From Octopus sinensis (taxonomy: Eukaryota): 64,000 bases of DNA. The position numbers and the translations under genes are program-made. The notes below the pieces were generated by a model. It was given only the letters and a program-made list of their open reading frames with translations. It made no database searches and was not told the origin of the DNA. Location of the stretch: the NCBI RefSeq assembly GCF_006345805.1, contig NC_043008.1, forward strand, positions 62,558,001 through 62,622,000, read 5' to 3'. Shown one piece after another: positions 47,943 to 60,559 of this stretch; the stretch's first letter is position 1; every line of letters starts with the position of its first letter.

Positions 47943-49858
47943 TTGAGCCGTTGCTATATAGCAAAATATTTGCAGTGAAGTACTGAAGGTATTCACTGTG
48001 TAGGATGTTGACTGGAAATCAAAACCATTTGGCTAGATAAGAAAAAGAACTGTTCTATGATAAACATATTACTTGAGTCTGCATCTTAAGTGGTAAGATT
48101 GAAGGTGGAAGGTATACTCATGGAAGTGGGCAGGTTGTGAAAGATGACAGGTCAGACTTGAAAATTTTTATTCTGAACAGCAAGTTGATACAAAATTGAT
48201 GCAATGTATAATTAATAAATTGTTGAATTATGTAATGAATAGCAAGAATGCCAAGGCAGTTAATAAAATTGTGAAGAGCAATTCCCTTTTTTGGCGTACT
48301 TATTTCGTGTACTGAATAAGGTTATGAAAATTTCTCAGATTTGCGGAAAATTAAGCTCCTCTTTAACCAGTATGTGTATTGATTGATGAGAACATTTTCA
48401 CAGTAGAGGGTAATCCATCTTTAGGAAAAACACTTTGGATCTTCTTCTATAATCTTCAAAATGTAGATATTTTTCCTTGTCTTTTAATACCTCAACTAAC
48501 AATTTCTTATCTGATAATATTATATACTTGTTGCCTTCAAAGATATATTTCACTTTCTCATTGGAAATTTATCTTATTGGAAATTCATATTATTTTTATG
48601 AATGATATCCTTCATTCATATTAGATCCATTTGTTAAAAAAAAATTTCAAGCTAAAATGTAGAATTAACAACAATAAAGAATTATCATGGGAACCAAATA
48701 CAACTTCATATAAGATATTTTGATATGGAACATGAGTAGAGTGCATGAGTAATAGGACTTCAAACCTTCTTTGCAATATTGACATTTGCACTTGAATTTA
48801 AATAAACATCTTTCTCATTTATCTTACAAAAAGTATCCAAAATGTGAGATCCAAAATGATAGTTTCTGAAAAACTATAATTTTGGATCTTGCAAAGTTTT
48901 TACTTACAGAAATTTCATAGAAATATAAATTTGAAACTAAAGTATATCATAAGGAAGAAACCATAATAGTAACAAGAAAAGTTTTGTATAGTTAGAAACT
49001 GATAAAACGATTAGCAAATTATAATAAAATAGAATCTTGCCCGCAAGCAGAAACATATTTCCTTTTCTCTATATAAATGCCACAGTGCTTTTGAGTGAGT
49101 TTTCTATTCTCCTTCACAGTTTAATTTTTGATGACTCGATTTATTATTGAAATTATATTTTCTTTTCATCAATTTTTAATGGTAAGTATTTGCTTGATTG
49201 AAAGAACGGAGAGTGGCGGAAATTGCACAGCAAGTTAGCATTCCTTGGAGCATCTGGTTTTGTCTCTATACTTTCTTTCTATCATCTTAGAAGATTAAGT
49301 TTATTTAATGAAGTTGATTTAATCACTATTGACCTAAATGAATTTATATCCAAAGATAGAAAATCAAACTGTATTCATTTAGATAATATAATTAGGTGAT
49401 AATTAACAGTTATGCTAATGCAAAAGACACTATGGTTTGTTCTATATAGATGTGCATTCATTTGCTCATTTTGTATAACGTCTTTTTCCCATGCCAGCAT
49501 GGCTTAGGCAGAGGTAATTTTGAAGCTGGAGTAGTTTTATGGCCAGTGCACTTCCTGTCATCAGGTCTTGTCCAATTTTCAGGTAAGGAACTTTTTATTC
49601 CAGAGCAGTCTGAGAACAGAAATAGAAGACGATTTTCTTGACAGGAGATGACAAATGTACACACATATACACATGCATACACACTCTCACTTACATGTAT
49701 GACAAGTTTCTTTAAAGTTTTCACTTACCAAATTTACCCACAAGGCTTTGGTAAGCTTGGGACCTGCAGTAAACACTTACCCATAGTGGGACCAAACCAG
49801 AGACTACATGCTTCAGAATCAAACACCTTAAGTACAGAGCCATGTCTTCATCTTTGTA

Positions 49859-50435
49859 TTGGGTTGTCCGGAAAGTTCGTGCCGATTTTTAGTAGCTTAC
49901 ATTTCAACTTATTTTAGAACATGGTTGAGTCCATAAAATAGGATTTGACTACACCTCCATTTAGAGTACAGTTTAAGCTATCTTTTCATGGAAGAAGGTT
50001 TATGTTCCTATAACTTGTGCTAATTATGTAACCCTTTAAAATGGGAAGGTGTTATTTTCCAACATGATAATTCAAGACCACACATTTCTTTGGAAACCAG
50101 ACAAAAATTGCTGCAGCTTGGCTGGGATGTGTTACCGCACTCTCCATATTCACCAGATATTGCTCCTTCAGATTTCCACTTATTCAGGTTTCTGCAGAAT
50201 AGTCTTAATGGTAAAAATTTCAATTCCTTGAATGATGTAAAAAGATACCTTGATGAATTCTTTGCATTGAAACCACCCGAATTCTGGGAAGAGGGTATTT
50301 TCAAGTTAAAGGAAAGATGGAGACGCATTGTACAACAAAATGGTTCATATTTGGTTGATTAAAAATGTAATGGCAAGTATTTATTGACCTTTTTCTTTCC
50401 TTTAAAAATCGGCACGAACTTTCCGGACAACCCAA
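49859..50435 (+). mobile_element. Non-autonomous mariner, 577 bp, different deletion derivative
   Basis: TIRs TTGGGTTGTCCGGAAAGTTCGTGCCGATTT; ATG at 50041 fused to GVIFQHDNSRPH..PHSPYSPDIAPSDFHLF. Confidence 0.95.
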
Positions 50436-50614
50436 TGTTATTACATGTATCATTTTGTAGTAAATGCACATAGTAATAGCTTGCAAGTCTAAGAATCAAA
50501 TGGATATGAGTATCAAGAAATTAGGTAGACCCAACGATGGGAAATATCAAGTGCATAATAATTAATGTTATGCACTTGAAAACCCGAGGGAAGTATCATT
50601 TTATTGGTCCATAA

Positions 50615-51365
50615 TACACTCAAAACATTTAGTAAAGGTAAGCCAAGAGAGGGCTAATCTATGTCCCTTTTCCTAAAAAAGAAAAATTTATTTAGACCAC
50701 TTCTTTCATAACCTTAGCAGAAAATACTTGTTAACTTCAAAAGTAAAACAAAAATCAAATGTACATGTGCCATTCTAACTACTATCAACAACACCTAAAT
50801 TTTTGGCTCAATTCTTATTTCTTTATTGCCCACAAGGGGCTAAACACAGAGGGGACAAATAAGGACAGACAAAGGGATTAAGTCGATTACATTGACTCCA
50901 GTGCGTAACTGGTACTTAACTTATTGACCCCCAAAAGGATGAAAGGCAAGGCCAACCTCGGCGGAATTTGAACTCAGAACGTAACAGCAGATGGAATACC
51001 GCTAAGCATTTCGCCTGGCATGCTAACGTTTCTGCCAGCTCACCACCTTTTATGTTTGGATCAATTCTACCCAACAGTATGGTTTCAGACCATTACACTC
51101 AACCTGTTCACTCATACACTCAAAACATTTAGTAAAGGTAAGCCTTAACAGGGCGAATCTATGTCCCTTTTCTTATAAAAGAAAAATGTATTTAGACCAC
51201 TCCTCTCATAACCTTAGCAGAAAATAATTGTTAATTTCAAAAGTAAAACAAAAATCAAATATACCTGTGCCATTCTAACTACTATCAACAGCACCAAAAT
51301 TTTTGATTCAATTCTACCCAACAGTATGGTTTCAGACAGACCATTACACTCAACCTGTTCACTCA
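50615..51365. repeat. ~250-bp tandem duplication, first unit interrupted by SINE-A
   Basis: TACACTCAAAACATTTAGTAAAGGTAAGCC at 50615 and 51115; shared downstream sequence with scattered substitutions. Confidence 0.92.
50816..51049 (-). mobile_element. SINE-A
   Basis: Full-length reverse-complement match. Confidence 0.92.
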
Positions 51366-51774
51366 TAAACCAAACAGAAAAGAAATGAGGGCCTCATTAA
51401 CAAAACCTCTTACAAGTAACATTCGATATAAGCCAAGCCTTTGGTTCAATTTCTTACAAGATACTCACATAAAAGATTTTCACTACCATTCCAAGAATCA
51501 ATACAAAACTCTGGCTAGCAAACTACCTTTTATACCATCAGGGCTATGCAGTGTACAAGTGCAACAGTCTGGAATTTATAATTTTCTTCAATGAACTACT
51601 TGTAAAAGCACATCCTGTCTTCCTCTCTTTTTAACATATGATCACAACTTATACTGCCATGTAACACAGATTTTTTAAACACATCACCACATAACTGCTT
51701 CAGCCTTTCATAAGTCACTTAGAAATCTAACTCTTCAACAGACTCTTCCCCTTCTTCCAGTACTATCAGTTTCA

Positions 51775-51985
51775 AATTCTGGTGCAAGGCCAGCAATTTT
51801 AGGAGAGTGTATAAGTGGATTAACATCGACTCCAGTGCTCATTTGGTACTTCTTTTAATCAACCTCAAAAGGATGGAAAGCAAAGTTGACCTTGGTAGAA
51901 TTTGAACTCAGAATGTAAAGACAGACGAAATGCCTCTAAGCATTTTGTTTGACATGCTAAAGCCTCTGCCAGCTCATTGCCTTTT
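51775..51985 (-). mobile_element. Older SINE-A subfamily copy
   Basis: Core AAAGGATGGAAAGCAAAGTTGACC..GAATTTGAACTCAG with a different 3' end. Confidence 0.75.
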
Positions 51986-52008
51986 TTCTTCCAGTAGTGG
52001 CTGTGTGG

Positions 52009-52194
52009 AGGTGCAGGAGTGGCAGTGTGGTAAGTAGCTTGCTTACCAACCACATGGTTCTGGGTTCAGTCCCACTGTGTGGCACCTTGGGCAAGTGGCT
52101 TCTACTATATCCTTGGGCCAACCAAAGCCTTGTGAGTGGATTTGGTAGACGAAAACTAAAAGAAGCCCGTCGTATATATGTATATATATGTATG

Positions 52195-52225
<31 letters not shown>

Positions 52226-52456
52226 ATGTGTGTATATGTTTGTGTGTCTGTTTGTCCACCCACAATCGCTTGACAACCGATGCTAGTGTGTTTATGTCTC
52301 CGTAACTTAGCAGTTCGGCAAAAGAGACCAATAGAATAAGTACTAGGCTTACAAAGAATAAGTCCTGGGGTCAATTTGCTCGACTAAAGGCGGTGCTCCA
52401 TCATGGCTGCAGTCAAATGACTGAAACAAGTCAAATTGTAAAAGAGCAAAAGAGTA
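52009..52456 (+). mobile_element. SINE-B
   Basis: Full-length family match. Confidence 0.92.
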
Positions 52457-52909
52457 TGCAATACAACCAAACAACACTCATCAATATAAATGTATCCCAA
52501 AAATATTGGCTTTTATATACAAGCCTACATTAACAATAAACATAAAAAAAACAATAAAGATAACAAAATTAAGTACAAGCGTACTTAGAGAATACAACAA
52601 CAATTTTGTACAAGCAAAGCAAGCAGATGTATTATGAATGATCTCTTCCCAGTGAATCACTATGTACACAAAAGAGCACAGTTTGCAAAATAACCAATTG
52701 TTTATAGATTGACATAGAAAAAAGAAACTATTAAACAATGAAAGCAGCACCAATGGTAAAAGCGTTTGGACCGAAAAGGGGATTATGTTGAAGAACAAAC
52801 CTTATTTGGTCACATTCTATGAGGGTATCATGTCCAGCCTATGATCTTTTCAACCGACCGACCCTCGTATGTGAGGTTTATGCAACATCTATGTTCGTTC
52901 ATATTCCCC

Positions 52910-53210
52910 TCCTTCTTCTTCTTCTTCTTCTTCTTCTTCTTCTTCTTCTTCTTCTTCTTCTTCTCCTTCTTCTCTTCTTCTTCTTCTTCGCCTTCCTCTT
53001 CTTCTTCTTCTTCTTCTTCTTCTACTTCTTCCTCTACTTCTGTCTCTATTTCTTCCTCTTCTTCTTCTTCTTCTTCTTCTTCTTCTTCTCCTCCTCCTCC
53101 TCCTCCTCCATCATCATCATCATCATCATCATCTTTGTCTTCGTTGTCATCATCATAGTTAGCATCATCGCCATCATCTTTGTCATCATTATCATCATCT
53201 TTTTTGTTTT
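52910..53210. repeat. (CTT)n-(CTC)n-(CAT)n compound microsatellite
   Basis: Direct inspection. Confidence 0.95.
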
Positions 53211-54469
53211 AATGCCCATTCTTCCAATGCTCACATGACTCACATAGAATATGTCGAGGCAGATTTTTTATGCCTAGATGCCCTCCTTGTTGTCAGGCAA
53301 GATATTATTTCTCTGTATTTCATGGAAGATTGGAAACAACAAAAACATGCCTGCACATCTGGACATTCTACTGACAACAGCTTAAGAAATCGCTGAATGG
53401 ACATTTAAGCAATCGAATCAAATTGCAGCACTTAATTTATTGTTGCTGCAAATACTCTATAAGAGATATGAATTAAAGATACAGGTGCATAACAGCCTTT
53501 ATCACTTGAATGGAGGAACACTATCACCATTTAAATGAAGAGCAAGAATTTACATGACCATGCTTAGCTATTACCGGTAATGAAAAAATATTTTTAAAAA
53601 GTGTATTAAAAAGTGTATTTAAAAAGTGTATTTTACAGAACAATTTAATTTATTTGCTGTTTAGAATAGATTTATATCCAGTCTCTTTTTATTTTGTCTA
53701 TTCAGAAAATATTTTAAGAATTCTTGTAAATTCATCCTTATTTTTGCACATCAAAGTCTTAGACACTAATCTTCTTACTTTTCAAGCCAACTATTTTGGA
53801 ATAGAATTAATAAAAATAACTCAATTTCTGCTTGACTATGAATAAAAGACACTTATGTTTTATAACTGAACTAGCTCAGAAATTTAAACACAATTGATTA
53901 AGCTATGTATTTGTGGCTTTTCTAACTCTTCCTTCTATTCTCTTTTATTTATTTCAAAAAGCCTATTCTTATGTACCATTCTGTTGGAATACATATCACC
54001 TTTATCTAACTATTCTTTTTTCAGCTGTATACTTTACACTTCTCATTTATTATCCTCAAGTTCATAGGCAGGATATATATATAAAGGTATATATATATAT
54101 AGATATAGAGTAGTGAATCAACCTTGGGCAAAATCTACCTCTGTAGAACTTAAACACTAAAACCAAAAACACATTTAGCATATTCATTGAAATGCCTTAC
54201 TTATTTTAATATCTTATTACATTTGCAACAATCACCTTTAAAGATATTTGCTAATCTTCTCTCTTTTTTTCTACAAGCAGCTACAACTGAGAAGCATTTC
54301 ACAACACCACACCAGGAATCTCTCTCCTTTATTAGCTTGAGTAGATCCTAAATTTTATATTATATGTTTCTGCCAATATAATCAATGATCTTCATCCTCT
54401 GTTAAGATGTGGAAATCTCCAGAAAACAGCTGTTTGAGTCAAATTTGACAATTTTTTATGTCCTTATCT

Positions 54470-55170
54470 TCCAGAAGAACTTGATGTATTGGCAAACAGT
54501 CAATGATGTTGAAGAGTATAAATATCAAAGTTGTAAGTGAGAAAAAGTTATGATACGGAGGACTGGAAGCCATCTGAATATTGGAAAAGAGTCAACTGCA
54601 TCAAAAGGATTATTTGGACTGGGTATCAAGATGCTAACGTCCTGACTGTTGCTCAGAGCTCTGTGAATGTCATAAAGGCTGTATAACATGATATAGACAC
54701 GTCCTGATTATCATGAAAACCAAGTCCCCCAAACTGTGCTGGTCTCGGAGCGTGTCACCAGTGAGTGTAATGTCCTGCTGCCTAATATCATAGAATGGAG
54801 ATTTAAGTACTATTCAGATGGCTATGTGAAACTGCTGGAGATTGTGGTTAATCCATGGCTGGAGTGGATTGTTGCTGCAAGAATATATGTATGGCAGCAG
54901 GATTTGATCCCTTGCTGTACCTCCAGAAAGAGTCAGAAGTGGTTGTCAGGGAAACACTATGACTTCATTAGCCTGATTATTATGTGTGAAGTGCAGTTGA
55001 GAATGGCACCAAGCACTCAGCCTGCGATACCACCAGGGCTGAGTTAGTGGCCAAAATCAAGGAGATATTTGAAAATCTTCCCTGGGATACAGTGAGGAAT
55101 GCATGAACTATGTTCTGGGGCCTTCTTGAGGCTGTGGTGAAATTTGAGGGTAGCAACTTTGAGTAAATTG
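54470..55170 (+). mobile_element. Decayed maT/DD37D-like Tc1-mariner transposase
   Basis: IMKTKSPQTV, SDGYVKLLEIVVNPWLE, YVWQQDLIPCCTSRKSQKWL, DYYV.SAVE, ELVAKIKEIFENLP; the WPPNSPD segment is deleted, so D spacing cannot be checked. Confidence 0.6.
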
Positions 55171-56384
55171 TTATCTCCCTGTCACAATCTAGTTACTATT
55201 TTTTTGATTTTTCTAAAATATTTGAACGTGAGATTGTGTACTTTTTTCTTTTATGTAAACAGTATGTCGCACGTTTGGATAACTGCTACTCAACTCTGTT
55301 CTACTCTTCTGATATCTAGACTTCCCCTCTATATCTACGTATTGGGCTAGCCTACTTCATCGTCTGGGGGTGTCCACACAACATAGACTGTCAAGTTCAG
55401 CCTGAACACTATGCGTAATCAGCCTTTTTACTATTGTTGAAGCATGAATTAATTAGTCTGAAGAACATTAAGCTGGTCTGACTCAAACTTTAAACCTTCA
55501 TCTTTTTATTTCTTTTCTTCTCACTGCTATTTTTCTCATCTTCCATATCTCTTCCGTCTTTCTTTTCCATTCTCTGCTTTCAATTTTCATTTCTCCCTTA
55601 CTCTCCTCTGCCCGATTCCTCACCTCTCAATCTCTACACCTCTCATTCTCATTTTGCTTGTTTCCATTTTTTCCCCTCCATCACTCCACATCTCTCTTTC
55701 ACCTTCACTTACTCCCACCTCCTCACGTTACTTTCTTGTCTTCTCCGTCCTCAATTCCTTTTTCATTTCCTCATCTTTTTTTTTAACTTACTCTCTCTTC
55801 TAACTTCCTCCTTAAACTTCACACACACACACACACACACACTCTCTCTCTCCCTCTTCCTTTCTTGCCTTTTCCTTTCTCCTTTCTTTCTTCTTTCTCT
55901 ACTCTTCCAATACTAATTTCTCACTATCATCCATTTAGATTTTTATTTTCCTGAGATGTACTTTTTCTACATGATACTTGAGACAATGTTTACTGACACA
56001 GTAAAATTTCTGAGTAGACTCTCTTGAATGTGAAATATAGATTGCTAAAAAAAAAATTCCCAGTATTTTAAAAATATAAATGCTGATACATTAACTAATT
56101 GAAGCAACAATTTTCCTAACCCTTTCATCACTTTCCACACCTCATGATGACAACTGAATATTTTTGCCAGAAATATCAATTTTGTAAACTTAAATACATT
56201 ATTTTCTTTTTGCTTTATTCACTAAAAAATTGGCACATTACGATGACATTTTCTTGTAATATTATTAACCTCATACAACCATAGAGAATGAAAGAATGAG
56301 AGAATGACACTGTATCTCCCTTTGTTTAAAAATAAAATGTTCTGTATTGATTCCAGTATGGTACAATCCTTTATCTTTTGTGGT

Positions 56385-56875
56385 CATGCTGGGAAACCAT
56401 CTTGAAACTTTTTTAATCAAATGAATTGAACCCAGTGTTTCTTTCTTTTAAGCTTTGTGCTTATTTTACCTGTCTTTGCCAAACCACTAAATTAAAGTGA
56501 TGTAAATACACTGACACCACAGTTCTATATTTAAGATATGAGGAATTATGTACATTATTTACATTATTACATTCGACGGATAAATGTAAATAATGTAAAT
56601 AATCTAAATGATCTAAATAAATGTAAATAATGTAAATAATGTACACTGACACCAGTTGTCATGCAGTGTTGGTGGGATGAATGCAGACACACACACACAC
56701 ACACTCATGCACACACACAATGGGCTTCTTTCAGTTTCCACCAATCAAATCCACTCACAAGGCTTAGTCAACCCAAGGTTATAGTATAAGACATCTGCTC
56801 AAAGTGCCACACAGAAGGATTGAACCTGTAAGCATGTGATTGGGAAGCAAGCTACTTTCCACATAGCCATGCCTT
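56385..56875 (-). mobile_element. Degenerate SINE-B carrying a later insertion (56520-56641)
   Basis: Family motifs on both sides of a TACACTGACACCA duplication. Confidence 0.7.
56520..56641. mobile_element. Fold-back fragment of the hammerhead-SINE tail with 13-bp TSD
   Basis: Left part is the reverse complement of TATCCGTCGAATGTAATAATGTAAATAATGTACATAATTCCTC (cf. 46059-46090); right part is (ATGTAAATA)n on + strand; TSD at 56507-56519 and 56642-56654. Confidence 0.75.
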
Positions 56876-57075
56876 TTAAAATTTAAAACAAAAAAGAAAA
56901 TCCACAGACATCTCTTGCAAGTGTGTGTGACTTAAGAGCATAGGCTATGCATTTGCTAATTGATTTAAGGGTCCCATGAAGTTGTGAGAAAATACAGACA
57001 CAGTCCCTTCCGTGATAAACTGGAACATCCAGGATATGACAAGGGGAATGGTTTGAACTAGTAAGGAGCTGGCAT

Positions 57076-57453
57076 TCTTTCATTTGTTTCAGTCATTTGA
57101 CTGTGGCCATGTTGGAGCACTTTAGTCGAACACATCGACCACAGGACTTATTTTTTGTAAGCCTAGTACTTATCCTATTGGTCTTTTTTACTGAACCACT
57201 AAGTTTCAAGGACATAAACACACCAACATTGGTTGTCAAGCGGTGTTGGGGAGCAAACACAGACACACTAAGATATACACACACACATATATATACGATG
57301 GGCTTCTTTCAGTTTCCATCTACCAAATCCACTCACAAGGCTTTGATCAGCCCAAGACTATAGTAGAAGACACTTGCCCAATGCGCCATGCAGTGGGACT
57401 GAACACAAAACCATGTGGCTGGTAAGCAAGCTACTTATCACACAGCCACACCT
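57076..57453 (-). mobile_element. SINE-B
   Basis: Family match. Confidence 0.88.
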
Positions 57454-57937
57454 GTTCGTCTTTTACATTTTATAGGTGCTGAAAGTCTGAAAGGCAAAAT
57501 AGAACTTAGCATGATTTGAACTCAGATTGCCAACAGCAGCAACAAATACCACCAACACAGGAATCTACCATTTGGCTGCTTATGAACACATTCAGAAATA
57601 AAGAGACTAGCAACATTCTGAGATCAAACCATTAATTCATTTGTTCATCCTTTCCCTTTGCATTCACTTTCCAATGCTTGCATGGATTGGAAGAATAAGT
57701 TATTTGAGGTATTGTTTTACAGCCAGATGCCCGTTTTAGACTCTAATCTTGACTTTTTTTTGAAGTAAGAGCTAACTTATTCTAAATGCTTTTGAAGGCA
57801 CAAATTATCTGGAGAAAATTTTTGGCATAAAAAAACACGACAACGACAACCACCTTTGTACAAGCAATCACAGATATCAAAAACTGCATTGGCATATACT
57901 TACATATGCTTGATATACCTATAGAAATATATACATA

Positions 57938-59219
57938 TTGGGTCATCCCATAAATAAAGTGGATTTTTTAAAATTCTTTTATTTTTCAAAATTAAGATAA
58001 ACAAAGTTCTTTTAATCTAAAATATACTCTCCTTCATTTTCAAAAATAATCTTCCATCTATTTGGAAGACTTGCAAGGTTTCTCTTCCAAAATTTATTTG
58101 TCTGACGGAAAATACTCCTCCTATACTGTTCTGACCTCATCAACAAAATTCATATTTTTTCCATCCAAAAGATTTTGAAGACCTCAGAATAAATGATACT
58201 CAGATGGGGAAATATCCAGCGAATATGGTAGGTGAGGCATTGTTTCCCATTCAAACTGCTCCAGCCTTTGGAATGTCATGTTTGCTGTATGTGGCCAAGC
58301 ATTATCCTGATGGAAAAATACCTTTCTTCTTGAAACCTATGATGGCAATTTTTCTTCTAGCGCTGCTTTAAGATGATCAAGCTGCTCACAGTAGATCTCC
58401 TTTGTTATCTTTTGATTTGGGTTTAAATGTTCAAAGTGGGCCAAACCTTTCATCTCCCACCGAACAGATAACAATATCTTACGTGGGTGAAGACCTTCTT
58501 TAGCCTGGGGTGCTGGTGTTTCTCCTTTCTCTACCCTATGTCTTTGGCACTTGACATTTTTTACAGAACCCTTTCTCATCACCAGTCACTATTTGGTCCA
58601 AAAACGGTTCATTCTTAAGATGTGACAGCAAAGAAGAGCACACATTCACTCTCTGTATATGATTAGACTTGGAAAGTTTGTGAGGAACACATTGACCCAA
58701 TTTGCTGACTTTTTTATGGCACTCAGGTGTTGATGAATAGTTGAGTGAACAAATCCAAGCTTCTCTGAAAGTTCCTCAACAGTTAGGATAGGATTTTGTT
58801 CCATCAGGATTTGCAGGACATCCTCATCAAGCTCTACAAATCTTCCAGGATGAGACTCATCTTCTAAGCTGTAGTTTCGGCTTATAATTTTTGGAACCAC
58901 CGTTGACACTGGCTAATGCTTATTGTCTGATACCCATATACTGCATCAATATTCTTTGCACATTCCATTGTGTTGTGCTATTATTGATCCCATAAAGTAA
59001 AATATGCCAAATATGCTCCTTTGTCACTTCCATTATAGATTTGAAAAAGTAATAGTTAAAAGTGAACTGCACTGTTCAAAACTTGCACTAAGAATAACTA
59101 TAAAGCAAAATTAATACCTGCCTTTATAGTAAGTTGATGCAGGTAGTTTATCCTGTCACCCTCTAACTTTTAGTTCAAGCAATTGAAAAAACTGCATCAT
59201 TTATGAGAAATGAGATGAC

Positions 59220-59223
<4 letters not shown>
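57938..59223 (-). mobile_element. Full-length (1286 bp) decayed mariner
   Basis: TIRs TTGGGTCATC.. with TA flanks; pseudo-CDS 59033 (MEVTKEHIWHILLY) to 58012 (..ENEGEYILD*), with HPRKILLSVRW and PHLPYSLDISPSEYHLF. Confidence 0.9.
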
Positions 59224-59275
<52 letters not shown>

Positions 59276-59335
59276 ATATTATATATATATATACATATAT
59301 ATACATACATATATATACATATACATATATGTGTC

Positions 59336-59375
<40 letters not shown>

Positions 59376-59380
<5 letters not shown>

Positions 59381-59626
59381 TAGAGAAGAACCACCATGTA
59401 GCAATTCAACAATGATATACTTAAATCAAACCATATAAGAAAAAATTAAAGATACAATAAAATATTTACCTAGAACTAAATAAAGTACGAAATAATAAAT
59501 TATTTATTATTTCGTCCTTTATATAGTTCTAGGTAAATGTTTTATCGTATCTTGAGTTTTTTCTTATATGGTTTGATTTAAGTATATCACTGTTGAATTG
59601 CTACATGGTGGTTCTTCTCTAATTTA
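59376..59626. repeat. Near-perfect ~250-bp palindrome with 1-nt spacer
   Basis: AATTAGAGAAGAACCACCATGTAGCAATTCAAC...CGAAATAATAAAT-T-ATTTATTATTTCG...GTTGAATTGCTACATGGTGGTTCTTCTCTAATT; about 7 mismatches; microsatellites on both sides. Confidence 0.95.
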
Positions 59627-59635
59627 TATATATAT

Positions 59636-59702
<67 letters not shown>

Positions 59703-60559
59703 CATATATGTATATATATTGAAAGAGAGAGAGAAGGAGAGAGAAAGAGAGAGAGAGTGAGAGGGAGAGAATGATTGCATTATTTCTGTGTGTGTTCAGT
59801 CAAAAAGTTGTGGTTGACCTGAGGCAGTAGTAGAAGAAACTTGCCCACATACTGTGCAGTGGAACTGAACCCAAAAAGTATGTGATTGGAGCAAACTTCT
59901 CTATCTAGCAACCATACCTACATCTTTAGCAATGCCTGATTGAAGCATATGTTTGATGTAGATATTAAAACCTTTTTTAATACCAAAAACAGTTTCCATT
60001 TCTAAAGATGAAGTTAATGACCTGAAAAATTATAGATTAACAATGATACATTCTAGAAAGCAGACAGTTAATTATAATAGCTGTCTACATTTCTTATATC
60101 AAAGACATATTATTGTGGGCCACTGGCGAATTTGATTGCTCTCATACACTTTTACAAATCTAAGGAAATATTTAAAATAGCAGGTGCCTATTGATGCCAG
60201 AGAACGTATTAGGACATCATATAATCAGGTTCTATTTATTTATTTATTTGTAATATTCTATGAAAGAGAATCATATGATCAGATTCTAATGCAAAAGTAG
60301 TTCACTATGTTGCATTGAAACTGGTCACAATATTTGTCATCTCAGCTGTATGAATCTATCAACAATGTTAAGAAATTACATATTCATTTTAGAAATTTCT
60401 TATCCTTTAATCTATTATAAAGGATATTTAAAGATTTTTATTTTCGTTTTGTGCTATCAGAATAAATCATTCAATACAACACAAGCATAGATTTTATTTT
60501 TTTTTCCCCTTTTTCCTTTCTACAAATTCTTGTCAATCTTCAGCTCCTCTTTTGCAGGC

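Noticed and set aside
46750-48600. Minus-strand K/E-rich open stretches (~46780-46960, ~48400-48560)
   Set aside because: Bounded by stops without usable splice sites; compatible with chance in AT-rich DNA.
49100-49190. Perfect donor ATG|GTAAGT with upstream acceptor
   Set aside because: All three frames from the acceptor contain stops.
54474-54531. Apparent exon KNLMYWQTVNDVEEYKYQS with GTAAGT donor
   Set aside because: Better explained as the decayed N-terminal region of the adjacent DD37D-like transposase.
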